64,000 bases of DNA from Sphyrna mokarran (GCA_024679065.1 JAGIQG010000003.1:91326001-91390000); one strand, 5' to 3'. Counted from the stretch's first letter, positions 1-12,056 are shown. Notes: a model not told the origin generated them from the letters alone. A program made the numbers and translations.

Positions 1-1975
1 GTCCCTCCATTCTCACCTATCAACAATAATTACAAGGAGGTCATGGACTTGCTTTGTCACTAAGATTGTCTCTGCAGTAATCCTCCATTCCACTAAGCCA
101 CTGGTCAGACCTCTTGTAAAGTATCTCCTTGCCCTAGCCCTGATCATTCTTCAGTCTCTCTATCTCCCTTATGTTCTGTGTGAACTCATCTTGTCCATGA
201 AACCCATCTTCTGTTCTCTCGACCCATTAATGTGCTGATTATCCAATCCCACTCACCATATCCCTTCTGGTCCCCATGTTTGCCAATGCTGCCAATGGTT
301 CTCTCTCTTCAGGCATTGGTTCTCTCCCCCTTTAAATCTATCCTCTTCTCAATAATTCTTGACTACACAATCCTTGCAAGCACCTGCCTCCTCTCCTATC
401 TTTCCCTCTTCTCCAGAATCTTTAAATATGTTGTCACCTCCCAAATCCATGCTGATTTTTCCCAGAACTCCATGTTTGAATCCTGAAAATCAGAATTCTG
501 CACCTGCCATTGCCCCAAACCAGCTCACCAACTTGACAAGTAACATCCAACATGCAACACCTTCTCATTCTTCTCAACCTTCTACAACCATTGACATGGT
601 TGTCAATATTACTTTCCTCCATTACTTCATGTCATCCAGCCAGGGGAGATAGTTTTCGCTGGATTACTTTATTCATTGTATAATCATTGCTAGAATATCA
701 TTTGCAATGGCTCCCCTTCCTATTCCTGCACCATTACACCCGGAACCCCCTAAGAATCTGTCCTTGACCCACAATAATTTCCCATCTACATACTGCCATT
801 TGGTGACATCATCCAAGACAAAAATATTTGCCAGGACTTTCTAATCCAGCGGGATCTTCTGGTCTCCCGATGGTGCACCCCCATCACAGATTTCCTCGTG
901 GCGAGGGGTGCGTTCAGCAGGATTCCCTATTGACAGTGGGAAACCAGATGATCTTACCACCAGCCAATGGCAGGCTGTCTCTCACCACCATGAAACATCA
1001 GGCAGGTTGCATGGTAAATCCTGCCTGCTAAGTTTCATTTGCATGCATAGATTCCCAGCTCAACCTTACCATTACCTCTCAACTCCTCAACCATTACCAA
1101 ATTATCCAATTGCTTAACCAACATCCAGTATTGAATAAGCAAAAATTGACTCCAATTAAATATTGGGACGACTGAAGCAACAGTTTGTGGCCTCCATTTC
1201 AAACTCTGTTCCCTGTCTAAGAATTCCATCTCTCAGCTGGCAACAGTCTGAAACTAAACCAATCTGCTTTCAATCTTGGAGTCATATTTGTTCCCATGGT
1301 GAGTTTCTGACCTTGTATTTGCACCATTACTAAAACTACCCATGTTATCCTCCATAATATCACTCAACTTCACCTCTGTAAAAGCCAAACTGAAATCCTC
1401 ATGCATTGTCTTTTTTACCTCTAGAACTGACTATGCCAATATACTCATGGCTGGTCTCCTGCATTTTATACTTTATAAACATGAAATCATCCAAACTTTT
1501 GCTGCATATGCCTAAACTCACACCGGTCCCATTCACCAGTCAGCCCTGTGCTTGCTGGCCAATATGGTCGAGCAAAATGTTCATTTTAAAATTCATTTTA
1601 AAATTTGATTGTTTTCAAATCCCTCTGTGTCCCCGGCCCCAGCTCCCTACCTCTTTGACCTCCAACAGTCTTCTAACCTTCCAAGATAGCTTCCTCAACT
1701 AATTTTGGACTCTTGAGAATCCCAGTTTAATCATTGTTCTATTGGTAGCTGTACCTTAAGCCTGAAGCTCTGGAATTCTCTCCATGCACCTCTCCATCTC
1801 ACTTTCCTCCCTTCAGGCACCCCCTTAAAACATATCTCTTTGACCAACCAAGATCATCTGAACTGGTATCTCTTTAAGTGGCTCAGTGTCATATTTCATT
1901 CTATAATGCTCTCATGAAACATTTGGATCATTTACTTTTGTTACAGGTGCTACTTAAATATAAACTGTTATTGTT
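1..1975 (+). mobile_element. Decayed L2-clade LINE (RT region and 3' end)
   Basis: Degenerate RT motifs in order: ~560-610 (LLDLSAAFDTVDH-like), ~741-813 (GVPQGSVLGP..F.IY.LP.GDII-like), ~1033-1070 (FH.YADDTQLY-like). L2-type 3' end aggtgctacttaaatataaactgttattgtt at ~1945-1975. Many stops and frameshifts. Confidence 0.8.
829..1026. mobile_element. MITE-like non-autonomous DNA transposon (PIF/Harbinger-like) inserted in the L2 RT
   Basis: Separates adjacent L2 RT motifs (GDII | FH.YADD-like). Degenerate TIRs tgccaggactttct / ggtaaatcctgcct resemble the cleaner element at 51004-51163. Confidence 0.6.
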
Positions 1976-2083
1976 ACAGTTAATTTCTTCATAAGATGAA
2001 GATAATTCGAATGTTGGAAATGTATAGGGGCAGAAAGCAGGTCTGTTTTGATGCCTTCGAAAGTTGTCAACTGGGAGATGAAT

Positions 2084-2757
2084 GGATGGAATTTAATATC
2101 CCTCTGCCATGGGATTTCATCGCCTTTCAGCTTCCATCCTGATTACATCAGTGGTGGGGAGGCCCATGGACATTTTTCCCACTCCACCGCAATTATTGTG
2201 CATTTAAGGACCACATCCTGTTTTCACTTTTATTTTCCCAGTGATGGGCAGAAGGCTCACCATGCAGGACCACAAAAATTTGTGTGGGAGTTACCTGTGG
2301 GAATTAGGGTGGTAGGGGGTGGAGTGGGGGGACGGTGGGTGGATGTTTAAAGGCAAAATGTCCCTAGGAAGGACACAACATCAGGAAGTGTGAATTCACC
2401 GCTGAGAGACACCCCTCATCCCTTCTGTTTACTCCCCACCCCTTACTGACCCTCATGTTTTCCTCACTCAACTGTGGCTTGTTATCTAGTAATGGTACCA
2501 GGTATGTGAAAGGTGCAGAACTAACAGCAGCCACAGGCTTCCCTGTGGTGCCACTGTTCAATAAAGCTGTTGACCTCTGGTCAACAACTCTCTGCAGCTG
2601 CGATTCTGCTTCTGGGTCTTTGATCCCAGGAAAATTCAATTGCTGATCAGTTCAGACTAACTGGCACTTAGTACATATGCATTTTGTAAAATGTCGGGCT
2701 TTCACCGGCTCTCTAACCAGTAGGCAAGACCACCATCATCTTCATTAGATATCACCC
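2084..2757. mobile_element. Putative decayed non-autonomous DNA transposon
   Basis: Imperfect terminal inverted repeats ggatggaatttaat / attagatatcaccc (10/14) around a GC-richer interior. Confidence 0.35.
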
Positions 2758-3214
2758 TGCAGCTCAGAAATTAACAAGATAAATTGGACAAAATGTTTAA
2801 GTGGGCTGAATAATGGTAGATGACTTTGTGTATGGACAAATGGAAACTACCACACACTGAAAGGGAAATAAGCAACACATGTATCCTATGAGTATCCTAA
2901 AGGTGGTTGCAGGTGAAGTAGCTTCCATATTCAACAAATCCAAATAGTGCACTGCAGCACACCTGAAAACTAAAAGTCTTCAACTATAAAGCCAAAAGAG
3001 TAGGCACAACATGGGAGATATTGCCAGGGTAGTTAATGTTTTGTAGACACTAAGGCAAAATGCAGGAGCAGAGGTAAGGTGCAAGACTGGCCCTTATAAT
3101 GATTAATTAATATGATGCTTAGTAAAGCAATTGTAATTCAGGAGAAACCTTGGCATTTATTCCATGTCAGGATGTTATTTTAGTTTGTACTATCACCAAG
3201 ATATTCACTAAGAC

Positions 3215-3305
3215 TAAAATAGGTAGTCACATGGCAAATTAAATTCAATGGAGAGAAGTGTGAAGTGATACATTTTGGTGGGCAGAATGAGAAGGGACAA
3301 TATAA
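3215..3305 (+). mobile_element. CR1 LINE RT fragment
   Basis: Translates WQIKFNGEKCEVIHFG, matching the CR1 RT motif WQM.FN..KC.V.HFG. Confidence 0.7.
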
Positions 3306-3784
3306 CGCTCAAATCTTCCATCCTCAGGAAGAACATACCCTGATTCTGTGGAAGTCCCCAGGCAAGTGCTGCATGGGAATTGTCCGGGAAGTATTAACTT
3401 CCTTTGGCCAATTACTTTATGTCTGGAACCCTCCAAAACTTCGATCTAGCAGAATAGTTACTCAGAAAAATTTACAAGGAATAAAACTATTTCTCACTCT
3501 TTGGTAAATATACAACTAGCATGACCTCCCACCACCCCTGTTCATCACTGTTCACCACCTTGACTACACCTCGTGCACCCAACCCATTCTACTCACTTAT
3601 ATTACACACTTACCTTCTCAAAGTGTCTGAGATCTTTAAATTTACCTGGTAACAACAGCCAGTGCTGCAAGAAGGGGGCATGGTTTTACTTCGCCCCCAT
3701 GATCCTACACTGCACATGCTTACCTCAGTCACAGAAACTTTGGATATTTTTGTTGACATTGATATGGTCTGTTTCAGTGATTTA

Positions 3785-3910
3785 GCAGGGATTCAAATCT
3801 GAAGTTGCAGGTCGCAGATTTAGGAGCAGTAATGTGTCACAAGCTTTGGAGAAGATAGGAAGGTTGGATATAGGGTTGTAGTTTGCAAGAATAGAAGGTC
3901 AAAGGTGATC
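3785..3910 (-). mobile_element. L2 LINE fragment
   Basis: The reverse complement encodes a NYNPISNLPIFSKA-like RT N-terminal motif. Confidence 0.55.
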
Positions 3911-4384
3911 TCTCGATGTTCCATTTCTATGTGCACTATATTTGGCGTCAATCAAAAGATGGTAATTTTTACATTCTGCTATGGATTTGGAAATGCTAAT
4001 GTTGGCCTTAGAGAGTCATAGATAACGTCTGTTTATGCATGAATTGTTCCGGCAGAGATAAGCTATGAGAAAAATAATTAAAGTAATTAAAATGCAAATC
4101 AAGTGATGCATCAGATGAAATAATATGATGCTGCGTGCAAACAATAGGGGAAGCATTATGATTATCTTGCTTAAATGCCAAATCTTTCAGCATAACCTTG
4201 AAAAGCAATGGAGGCGTGGGGGCTTTGGATGGAGAAGAGGTATGTTACTAATGAGAATTGTGGATCTTCGGTACCTTCCATTTATTAGTTTGAAACTATT
4301 TTATATGAAAGGACCATCATCCATGAATGTTTAATTGTACCACATCATTAATATCAGTGTTACTTTGAGTTAAATTAGCCCAGC

Positions 4385-5645
4385 AAAGGCAGCAATTGGT
4401 TACTTAGTCTGACAACAGTCATCAGGAAATGCTGGAATCCATTATTAAGAAAGTCTGAGCAATATTCTTAGAAAATCATTGTACATTCAGACAAAGTTTT
4501 ACAAAAGGGAAATCATGCTTGACAGTTTTTTAGGAATTTTTTGAGGATGTAGCTGGTAGGGTAGATAAAAGGGAGCCAGTAGATGTGATAAACATGGGTT
4601 TCCAAAGGGCATTCAATAAGGTGTCACAAAAAAAGTTAGGTTAATACTTAAGGGCTTATGGAGTGTGGGGTAATATATTAGTATGGCTAGAGAACTGGTT
4701 AATTGTAAGGGTGGTGGAGTGCTGCAGGATTCCAGCTATTTATGACTGGACAAAGAGTAATGTATCTAAGTTCGCTGATGATACAAAGCCAATGGGGAAT
4801 GCAAGCTGTGAGAATGACCCAAATTGCAAAGAGATCTAGAAAGAGTACGTGAATGGGCAGGAAGGTGGCAGGTGGAGTTTAATGTAGGGAAGTATAAAAC
4901 CGTTCATTTTGATGGAAAAAATATAAAAAAAAGATTTTTTTAAAAAGGCACAAAACTTCTAAATGCTGATATTTAGAGAGATTTGGGTGCTTGTGTACAG
5001 GAAGCACAGACAGTTAGCATGCAGGAATAGCAAGCAATTAGCTAGATAAATGGCATATTGGCTTTAGTTGCAAGAAGAGAGGAGTAAGAGAATAAGAAAG
5101 TGTTGTCACAATTTCCTTCACAATTGGGTCAAACTCCTTGAACTCTTGGCCCACCCTACACTGATCTCAGCTATTCAAGGAGAAGGCTCACCACTACCTT
5201 TTTGTGGGCAGTTAGGGAGAGCAATAAATGCTGGCAATTAAGCTCACATCCCACAAATGAAAGAAAATATAGAACTTTGGTGAGACCACACCTATTTGTC
5301 ATTTTTTGTCTTCATTTCCATAGAATGATATATTTGCGTTTGAAGCAGCACAGTGAAATATTTGCTGGATGGTTCCTATGATGAGAGGTTGCGTAACTTG
5401 AGGCAATGCTGTCTGGACTTGAGAACAATGAGGGCTGCTTTCATTGATTCTGAAGGGACTTTATTTATATTTAATGGGATGTGTGCGTCACTGCCAGGAT
5501 CAGCATTTTTGGTCTCTAGGGTAATCAAAAGATATGGGGAATGGGTGGCTAAGTGCAGCTGTGACAAAAAATCAGTATGATCATATTGAATGGCAGAGCA
5601 GGCTCAAGGAGCTGAATCCTTTTGCTTATGTTCTTATTTTATGTT
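4385..5645 (+). mobile_element. CR1 (HER1-like) LINE, 5'-truncated and decayed
   Basis: Degenerate SLT.V..K.LESIIK, F.KGKSCLT, VDVI..FQ.AF.KV, SKFADDTK and WQ.EFNV.K motifs. CR1 3' UTR atgatcatattgaatggcagagcaggctcaaggagctgaat followed by a tatgttct-type tail. Confidence 0.85.
5120..5268 (+). mobile_element. 3' end of a second LINE family nested in the CR1
   Basis: ttcaaggagaaggctcaccactacc...gggcagttagggagagcaataaatgctggc...cacatcccacaaatgaaagaaaa. Similar 3' ends occur at ~28805-28975 (-) and ~47730-47800 (+). CR1 sequence resumes afterwards. Confidence 0.6.
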
Positions 5646-5649
5646 TGGT

Positions 5650-6248
5650 GGAAACTGCAATCAGTTTCTCTCTCTACAGATTGAGGAAGAGAAAATTCTG
5701 TCAGGGTAAAATAGGGGTCATGAGCCATGGGAGTTTCCTGGGAGGTGTGTAAATTGTCGATGATACTGATGTATTTGTTTTATCTTACAGGTACTTTGGT
5801 CCACCTTGTTGTCTAACAAGGGGCATACACGCGATGGGTCGTGAGAGGGCTGCTGTTGGATTTTTCAAAAGTATCCTAGTGCTTCACGTTGTTAGTGTAC
5901 GCTTGACTTGGACCATTTGATATGCAACACGACAGTTCAGTGACTATCGCTGTGCTGTGCAGATACATGGATTTGGGCCTCTGTCTGTGGGAGTTTGTGC
6001 GTTCTCCCTGTGCTTGCGTGGGTTTTCTCCGGGTGCTCCAGTTTCCTCCCACATCCCAAAGATGTGCTCTTAGGCTGATTGGCAGAACAAATTCTCCCTA
6101 AATTGTCTCAAATTTGGTTTCAATGCATAGTTCTATGAACATAGACAGGGATCACAGGTAAAAGTGGGAACATCGAGGTGGCAGCACAGGCTTGTTGGGC
6201 CGAAGGGCCTGTTTCCTGTGCTGTTTTGTTCTTTGTTCTTTGTTGTTC
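5650..6248 (+). mobile_element. Unusual V-SINE-like element, copy 1 (splice acceptor + structured head + V-domain + CR1-type tail)
   Basis: V-domain gagtttgtgcgttctccctgtgcttgcgtgggttttctccgggtgctccagtttcctcccac; tail tgggccgaagggcctgtttcctgtgctgt plus (ttctttg)n. No tRNA A/B boxes. Head shared with 35048-35530. Candidate TSD tttggt at 5644-5649 and 6249-6254. Confidence 0.75.
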
Positions 6249-6739
6249 TTTGGTAACTGATCCTGTCATTGACCAGCATATTCATGAAAAGTATACGCAA
6301 TTTGTGGACTTTTGGTAAGAATATACCTCTGATGATCTATTTCATTAATGTAAAGGCTCATGTGTATTGAGACTGACTCAACAAAGTTAACTGGTTTAGC
6401 CAAGATGCTGGGCAACTTTCAGTGTTTGTGGAACTGTATTCCAAGTACCATCTTCAGATTGAGAGAAATCTGATGCAGGAACATGTCAGCAGTTTTTTGA
6501 AGGACATAAATGAGTTCTGAGGCTCATCGTTAGTTTTATTTAGTTCCTTTTCTGATTGGCTTAATATATCACCAGATGTTGCATTTTAGTCACTGGGAGA
6601 GTCACATTACACCTGTATGCAATGTAATACAAAATGTTTTGGTGAATATTTTTCTTGGATGCAAGAATATATTCACCATTTTGGAGCAGATATCTTGGCA
6701 CAGCAACAACATCTGGAAGACTGTCAGGGTTTCTTGAAA

Positions 6740-7135
6740 AAAGACTTGCAGGGAGGGCTAATAAAGATATTTAAAATTATGAAATATTTTGATAGTGGCA
6801 ATAGCGAATGCTTCTTCTTGTAGAGAAGATGAGTATTAGAGGTCATCAATGTAAGATAGTTACCAAGAAATCCAAAAGAGAATTCAGAAGAAACTGGTTT
6901 ACCCAAAGAATGGTAAAAATGTGTAATTCACTTCCACAAAAAGTGGTTGAGGGGAGTATGATCAGTGCCTTTCGGGGGAAGCTAGACAAACATAAGAAAG
7001 GAAGAAGAAATAAGGGGTTACAACAGTAGATTTAGATGAGAAAAAAACAGGAGGAGATCTGGGTGGAGCATAAATATACCTGATTGGGGCAAATGGGCCA
7101 TTTCTGTGTTGTATGTTCTGTGTAGTCCTAAGTAA
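6740..7135 (+). mobile_element. CR1 LINE 3' fragment
   Basis: Translates LQGGLIKIFKIMK and RGH..K...K..K.EFRRNWFTQRMVKMCNSLP..VVE (CR1 ORF2 C-terminus), then the 3' UTR. Confidence 0.8.
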
Positions 7136-7282
7136 ATGGCAACTTGCATTTATATAGCCCCTTCAATGTAATAAAACATTACAAGGCACTTCACAGGAGC
7201 ACTGTCACACAAAAATTTGACTTGTGTAAAAATCTACACGCATTCATTTCTGAACATTATGGGCAGATAGAAAAAGACCAGT

Positions 7283-8104
7283 TGTGGCTGTGTTGATAAC
7301 AATCTCACCTCTGAGTCAGCAGGTAGTGAACTCATAGTTCCACGCTAGAACTTGAGCACAAAAAGTAACTTAAGGCTGACACTAAATGCAGGACTGAGGG
7401 AGCGCTGCACTGCCAGAGATGCAGTTTTTGGATGCATTGTTAAATAAAAGCCCCAGCTTACCTCTCAGGATTCCACGGCCCTATTTTGAAGAAGATAATG
7501 GGAGTTATTCCCATTGTCTTGGACAATGCTTTCCCTTCAATTAACACAAAAGAAAAAGATTAACTGGTCAGTATCAAGGTAGAGGAAAGTGAGGAGGAAT
7601 ATGATTGAGATGTATAAAATTATGAGGGGTGTGGATAGAGTAGACAGGGAGGAACCTTTCCTCTTGGTGCAGAGATCAATGACCAGGGGCATAGATTTAA
7701 GTTAAGGGATGTGAGAAGGAAGTTTTTCATCCACAGGGAGTGGGAGTTTGAAATACACTGTCTGAAAGGGTGGTGAAGGCAAGAACCTCATAACATTGAA
7801 GAAATATTTCGATGTGCATTTGCAATGTCAAACTGTACAAGATTATGGACCAAGCGCTAAAAAATGGAATTAGAATAGTTAGGTGCTTGTTTCTGATTGG
7901 CTCAGATGTAATGCATACAGGTGCTGTAGACCTGTATGACTCTAATATCGTATTCCTGTTTGTAGAAACGTTCTATGTGCAAATTGCTTGACAGGTTTTT
8001 CTATATTACAGTACTTTTTTTTAACAAAAGGATCTAATTGGATATAAAGTGCTTTGGAAGATCTTTGATTGTGAACAATGCTGTATAAATGCAAATCTGT
8101 CTTT
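7283..8104 (+). mobile_element. DeuSINE-like (SacSINE1-like) SINE split by a CR1 insertion
   Basis: tRNA-like head (cctctgagtcag...cttgagcaca), Deu-like core (ggctgacact...actgagggagcgctgcactg...ctattttgaagaag) and L2-type tail (gctgtataaatgcaaatctgtcttt) resuming at ~7946. Family name from memory. Confidence 0.65.
7578..7945 (+). mobile_element. CR1 LINE 3' fragment nested in the SINE
   Basis: Translates MIEMYKIMRGVDRVD...LF...TRGHRFK. Confidence 0.8.
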
Positions 8105-8621
8105 GCCCATTCAGTCACAGTACAAATAAGCAGCATGATCCTCAGTGCTCTGTACCAATCAGCATTCAAGCAAAATCTCCTGAGAAAAGCAAAAATACAG
8201 CATGAAAAAATCCTTCATCAGTTCTGGGGTAAAAAGAATGCCAGGATGATTATGTAGAAATTCAACACAAAAGTCCCAAGTTTCCAATGTAACAAAATGT
8301 GATGTCCACACACACACAAAAAAATACAAAACTGCCATGTGCAAACTATTGCATATAAATAGGATCACCTTAGCAGGGCCTTCATATAAAAAATATGAAA
8401 CTCCAAGACACTATTCACAAAACCGCCTAGGTAGAAATTCCAAGATTGCCTAAACACTAACATTCACACTGGGCACTATAATGAAGGCTAATAATGAAAT
8501 CCCTTCCATAGTATTACTTAGCTGAGGAACATCTTCGAGAAAATACAATGCACAATCTCCGCAATATCTACTGACAATGAAGTGAGTTGCCAAAATTGTT
8601 AACCTCGTGATTTTTTTTACA

Positions 8622-9120
8622 TTATAGAAACATAGGAAATAAGAGGAATAGAAGACCATTCAGCCCTTCAAGCTTGGTCCTCCATTGATTATGATCATGG
8701 CTGATCATCCAAATCAATAGCCTGAACCCGTCTTTCCTTTGATCCCCTTTGTCCCAAATGCCAGTTTCCTGAGAACATATATATTTCGGCCTCAACTGTG
8801 GTAGTGAATTCCATAGGCTGACTAGAGTCTGGGTGGAGAAATTTCTCCTCACCTTTGTCCTAAATGATCTATGCTGTATGTTCAGACTGTGATTCCTGGT
8901 CCTGGACACACCCACCAGTGGGAACATCCTTCTTGCATTTATCTGTCTAATCTTGTTCGGATTTTGTAGGTTTCTATGAGATTCCTCCCCCCATTCCCCA
9001 CTCGCTATTCTTCTAAAGTCCAGCGAATACAATCCTAACTGACTCAATTGCTCCTTATCCATAAATCTTGCCATCCCAGGAATCAGTCTGGTAAATCTTC
9101 TGTGCATTCCCTCTGGAGCA
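8622..9120 (-). mobile_element. CR1 (HER1-like) LINE 3' fragment
   Basis: ORF 8622..9158(-) contains RRFTRLIPGM, LGLYSL.FRR, MFPLVG.SRTR.HSL, RRNFSTQ..V.LWNSLPQ. 3' tail tttctatg at 8622. Confidence 0.9.
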
Positions 9121-10422
9121 AGAATTAAGTCTTGTTGCTTCTTGGAAGCTTTCAACATGGAGGCTTAATGGAGAAGAAGAGGAATGGATCAAGGTTCTGG
9201 GAACTAGCTGCCAACTAACAAACGTACAGTCATACCCCAAATGACACACTACTTAGGGTGCAGGTTAGTTAGGAGTGTAAGTGAGATGGTCTGCAAAATG
9301 ACATACTGTTTGTGTTTAGCTGCTATAAGTTCCTTCTTTTCAAGGTACTCTTATACCTGATGTTAGTTCCTAACAGCAATCCCTTATCAACAGTGATTTT
9401 GAATATTGACAAGTATCTTTCTCACGCACTTCCATAGTTGTTGTGCCTGGGACACTATGTTTATACTTTTCATAAACTGTGCCTGTACTTTGCTGAGCAG
9501 GGCCCCTAATGGTGCATCTTCATATGGTGCATTTCACATTTCTTTTTAAATTGATGGGGTCTTTTCTACACAGTCAGCATGCCCCCTACAATGGGACTCA
9601 ACAGGCCTGTATAGGTTGAATTTACAGTGTGTCATTGTGATGTTGCATTGAAGATTGCAATCAAACTAGCACTTCTGGGAAGTGATTTTGCAGTGTCCTA
9701 CAACTGGAATTGTTGCAATATTTGGAGTTTTACTATTCTGTCACATTGAATCCTTAGATTAGCCTCATGGGACAACGACTTGGATGGTTCAGCTATGGAT
9801 TGTTTGCAGCATGAGAGACTTAACCCAGACCTAATACCATTCATTGGGATATTGCAACGTGATTCAGTTCAGCATCTGGAGTAGCAGTAGGCTAGTGGCA
9901 GAGAAAAGAGGACTTCTACTCGCTTTAGGAAGGTACAGAACTGAGATATAAATGCAATCATACGCAGTGAGTTGGGCAAACAAACCCCCTGCATCAAAAT
10001 CTTGATGGTATTCTGACTTTAGAAGGTATGAGTGCTTTTGCATAACAATCTTGTTAATATGCCTAAATGACTAAAACAGCCCACATGGGATAGCTCAGCT
10101 CGTCATGCATTCTAATTTGACAGCTTTACTGCACAACATGAGATTTTGAAGCTTCAAATTGATTGCTGATATTTCAGGATTTTTACAACGATATTGAAAT
10201 ACATTCAGCCTCTTAGAAATCCTTTCAGGTGTTCAATTAACTCTCCCAGTGGAAAAATAAAGGCCTACTTTCACTCTACATTCAAGCACATGTCACAACC
10301 CACTTTTCCTTTAAAAAAGATTATCTGAAAGAAATTTTATGTTGAAGGTACTCAACATTGATGAGCTCCAGATGAAGAATTTTGATCAGTTTCAGCTATT
10401 TGTATGACTGCCTGTTTTTATT

Positions 10423-10628
10423 GGGGAGTTGGTTTAGCTCAGTTGGCTGGATGACACCAACAGTGCTTATTCAGTTCCTGTACCAGTTATTCATGAAGGC
10501 CCCATCTTCTCAACCTTGCCCTTCACCCCATGTGTGATGATCTTCAGGTTAAGTCAATCACCACCAGTCAGCTCCCCCTTAAAAGGGGAGAGCAGCCTAT
10601 GATCATCTGGGACTATTTTACCTTTTAC
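10423..10628 (+). mobile_element. tRNA-derived SINE with (tttacct)n tail
   Basis: A-box-like ggtttagctcagttgg head and tail ggagagcagcctatgatcatctgggactattttacctttt. A related copy lies on the - strand at ~50345-50535. Confidence 0.6.
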
Positions 10629-10764
10629 CTGTTTTAACCTTCCTGCTTTGAAACCAAACAAATTCAGCAGCGATCCTCATATATAAGGATTGCTAAAGTA
10701 GATAATCCTTCCTTGTATTGCTGGTTTAGCACTAATTTTCTCCCTTCCTGTGCTATCCATTGAA

Positions 10765-11016
10765 AGATATATGTAGACTGGTAGGTATCATGATGAGATT
10801 CTGTGTATCATATAATTCAACACTAAGTATTTATTAACTATTAATAACTATGTACATATATGTAGTATCAGGTCCAGGCTAGGAACTATCTCCATGCTTA
10901 CCTCTACATACATCTCTGTCCAGTTCAAGACAGTCATGTATTCCTTTACATCACACCATGGGTGCTACTCTACACAACTCACATTAATCTTATCTATGGC
11001 AGACTCTTATAATATA
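10765..11016 (-). mobile_element. Solo LTR related to the LTRs of the 38982-42360 element
   Basis: The reverse complement shares gattaatgtg, tgatgtaa, tggacagag.tgt.tgt, catggaga.ag.tcctagc.tg and aataaa.actta in the same order as those LTRs. Confidence 0.6.
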
Positions 11017-11294
11017 TTTTCTTGCTAGTAGTCTACATATAGACTACTTTTCTGAATTTTCATACAAACATTAAGGTCAGAAGTCAGCCATTCAGCCTTC
11101 TTCAACCTACTCTGCTTTACAATTAGATTATGGCTGATCTATTCAGCTGTTTCTGTTCCATGGCCTTTCATACACATGCCTAACAGAAATCTTTTTGATT
11201 TGGTAGTTTCAATTTTCCCAGCATTTACACTTGACTTTCTTTTTTGTGCTTTGTCAACTCAATGCTTAGTGCCCAAGGTGATCAAGCCAGGATC

Positions 11295-12056
11295 ATTCAT
11301 TACAGCCTTGGTCCAATCAGGGGCAAAAGAGTTGAGCACACAGAAGTGAGATGCGAGTGACTACTCTTGACATCAAGACGGCATTTAATCAAGTGTGGTG
11401 TCAAAGAGCCCTAGCAAAACTAGAGTTAATGGGAATTGGGGTAAAAAGCTAGAGTCATACCTGGCAGAAAGGAAATCGTTGTTGTTGGAGGTCAGTCATC
11501 TCTGTCCCAAGAGATCACTGCAGGAGTTCCTCAGGGTAGTGTCCTAGGCCCACTCATCATCAGCTGGTTTATCAATAACCTTCCCTCCATCATAAGGTCA
11601 GAGGTGGAAATGTTCACTGATGACTGCACAATGTTCACCATTCATAACCCTTCAAATGCTGAAGCAGCCTATGTCTAAATGGAACAAGACCTGGGATATT
11701 TGGGCTGATAAGTGGCATGTAACAATCTCCAACAAGAAAGAATCTAACCATCACCCTTTTTCATTCAAAGGATTTACTATTGTGAAATCTTTCACTGTTG
11801 ACATCCTGGGGGTTACCATTGACCAGAAACTGAAATAGACAAGCCATATAAATACTGTGCTACGAAAGTGTGTCAGAGGCTAGGAATTCTGTGATGAGTA
11901 ACTCACCTCGTCACTCCCAAGGTTGGTCCTCTATCTACAAGACTCAAATCAGGATGAAATACTGTCCAGTTACTGAGATGAGTGCAGTTCCAGCAATTCA
12001 AAAGAAGCTAAACACCATCCAGGACAAAACAACCCATTTGATTGGCACCCCATCTT
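11295..12056 (+). mobile_element. LINE RT fragment (CR1-clade, second family)
   Basis: Translates LDIKTAFNQVW, GVPQGSVLGP, FINNL, MFTDDCT (FADD-like) and DILGVTIDQKL. Confidence 0.85.

Noticed and set aside
5791-5914. HDV-like ribozyme, Y RNA or H/ACA snoRNA as the identity of the SINE head
   Set aside because: GGTCCA/TGGACC recalls HDV P2, but no P1/P3 pseudoknot could be built; there is no H box and no Y RNA terminal stem.
8622-9158. 178-aa ORF as a host gene
   Set aside because: It is a frameshifted CR1 ORF2 C-terminus read into the 3' UTR.
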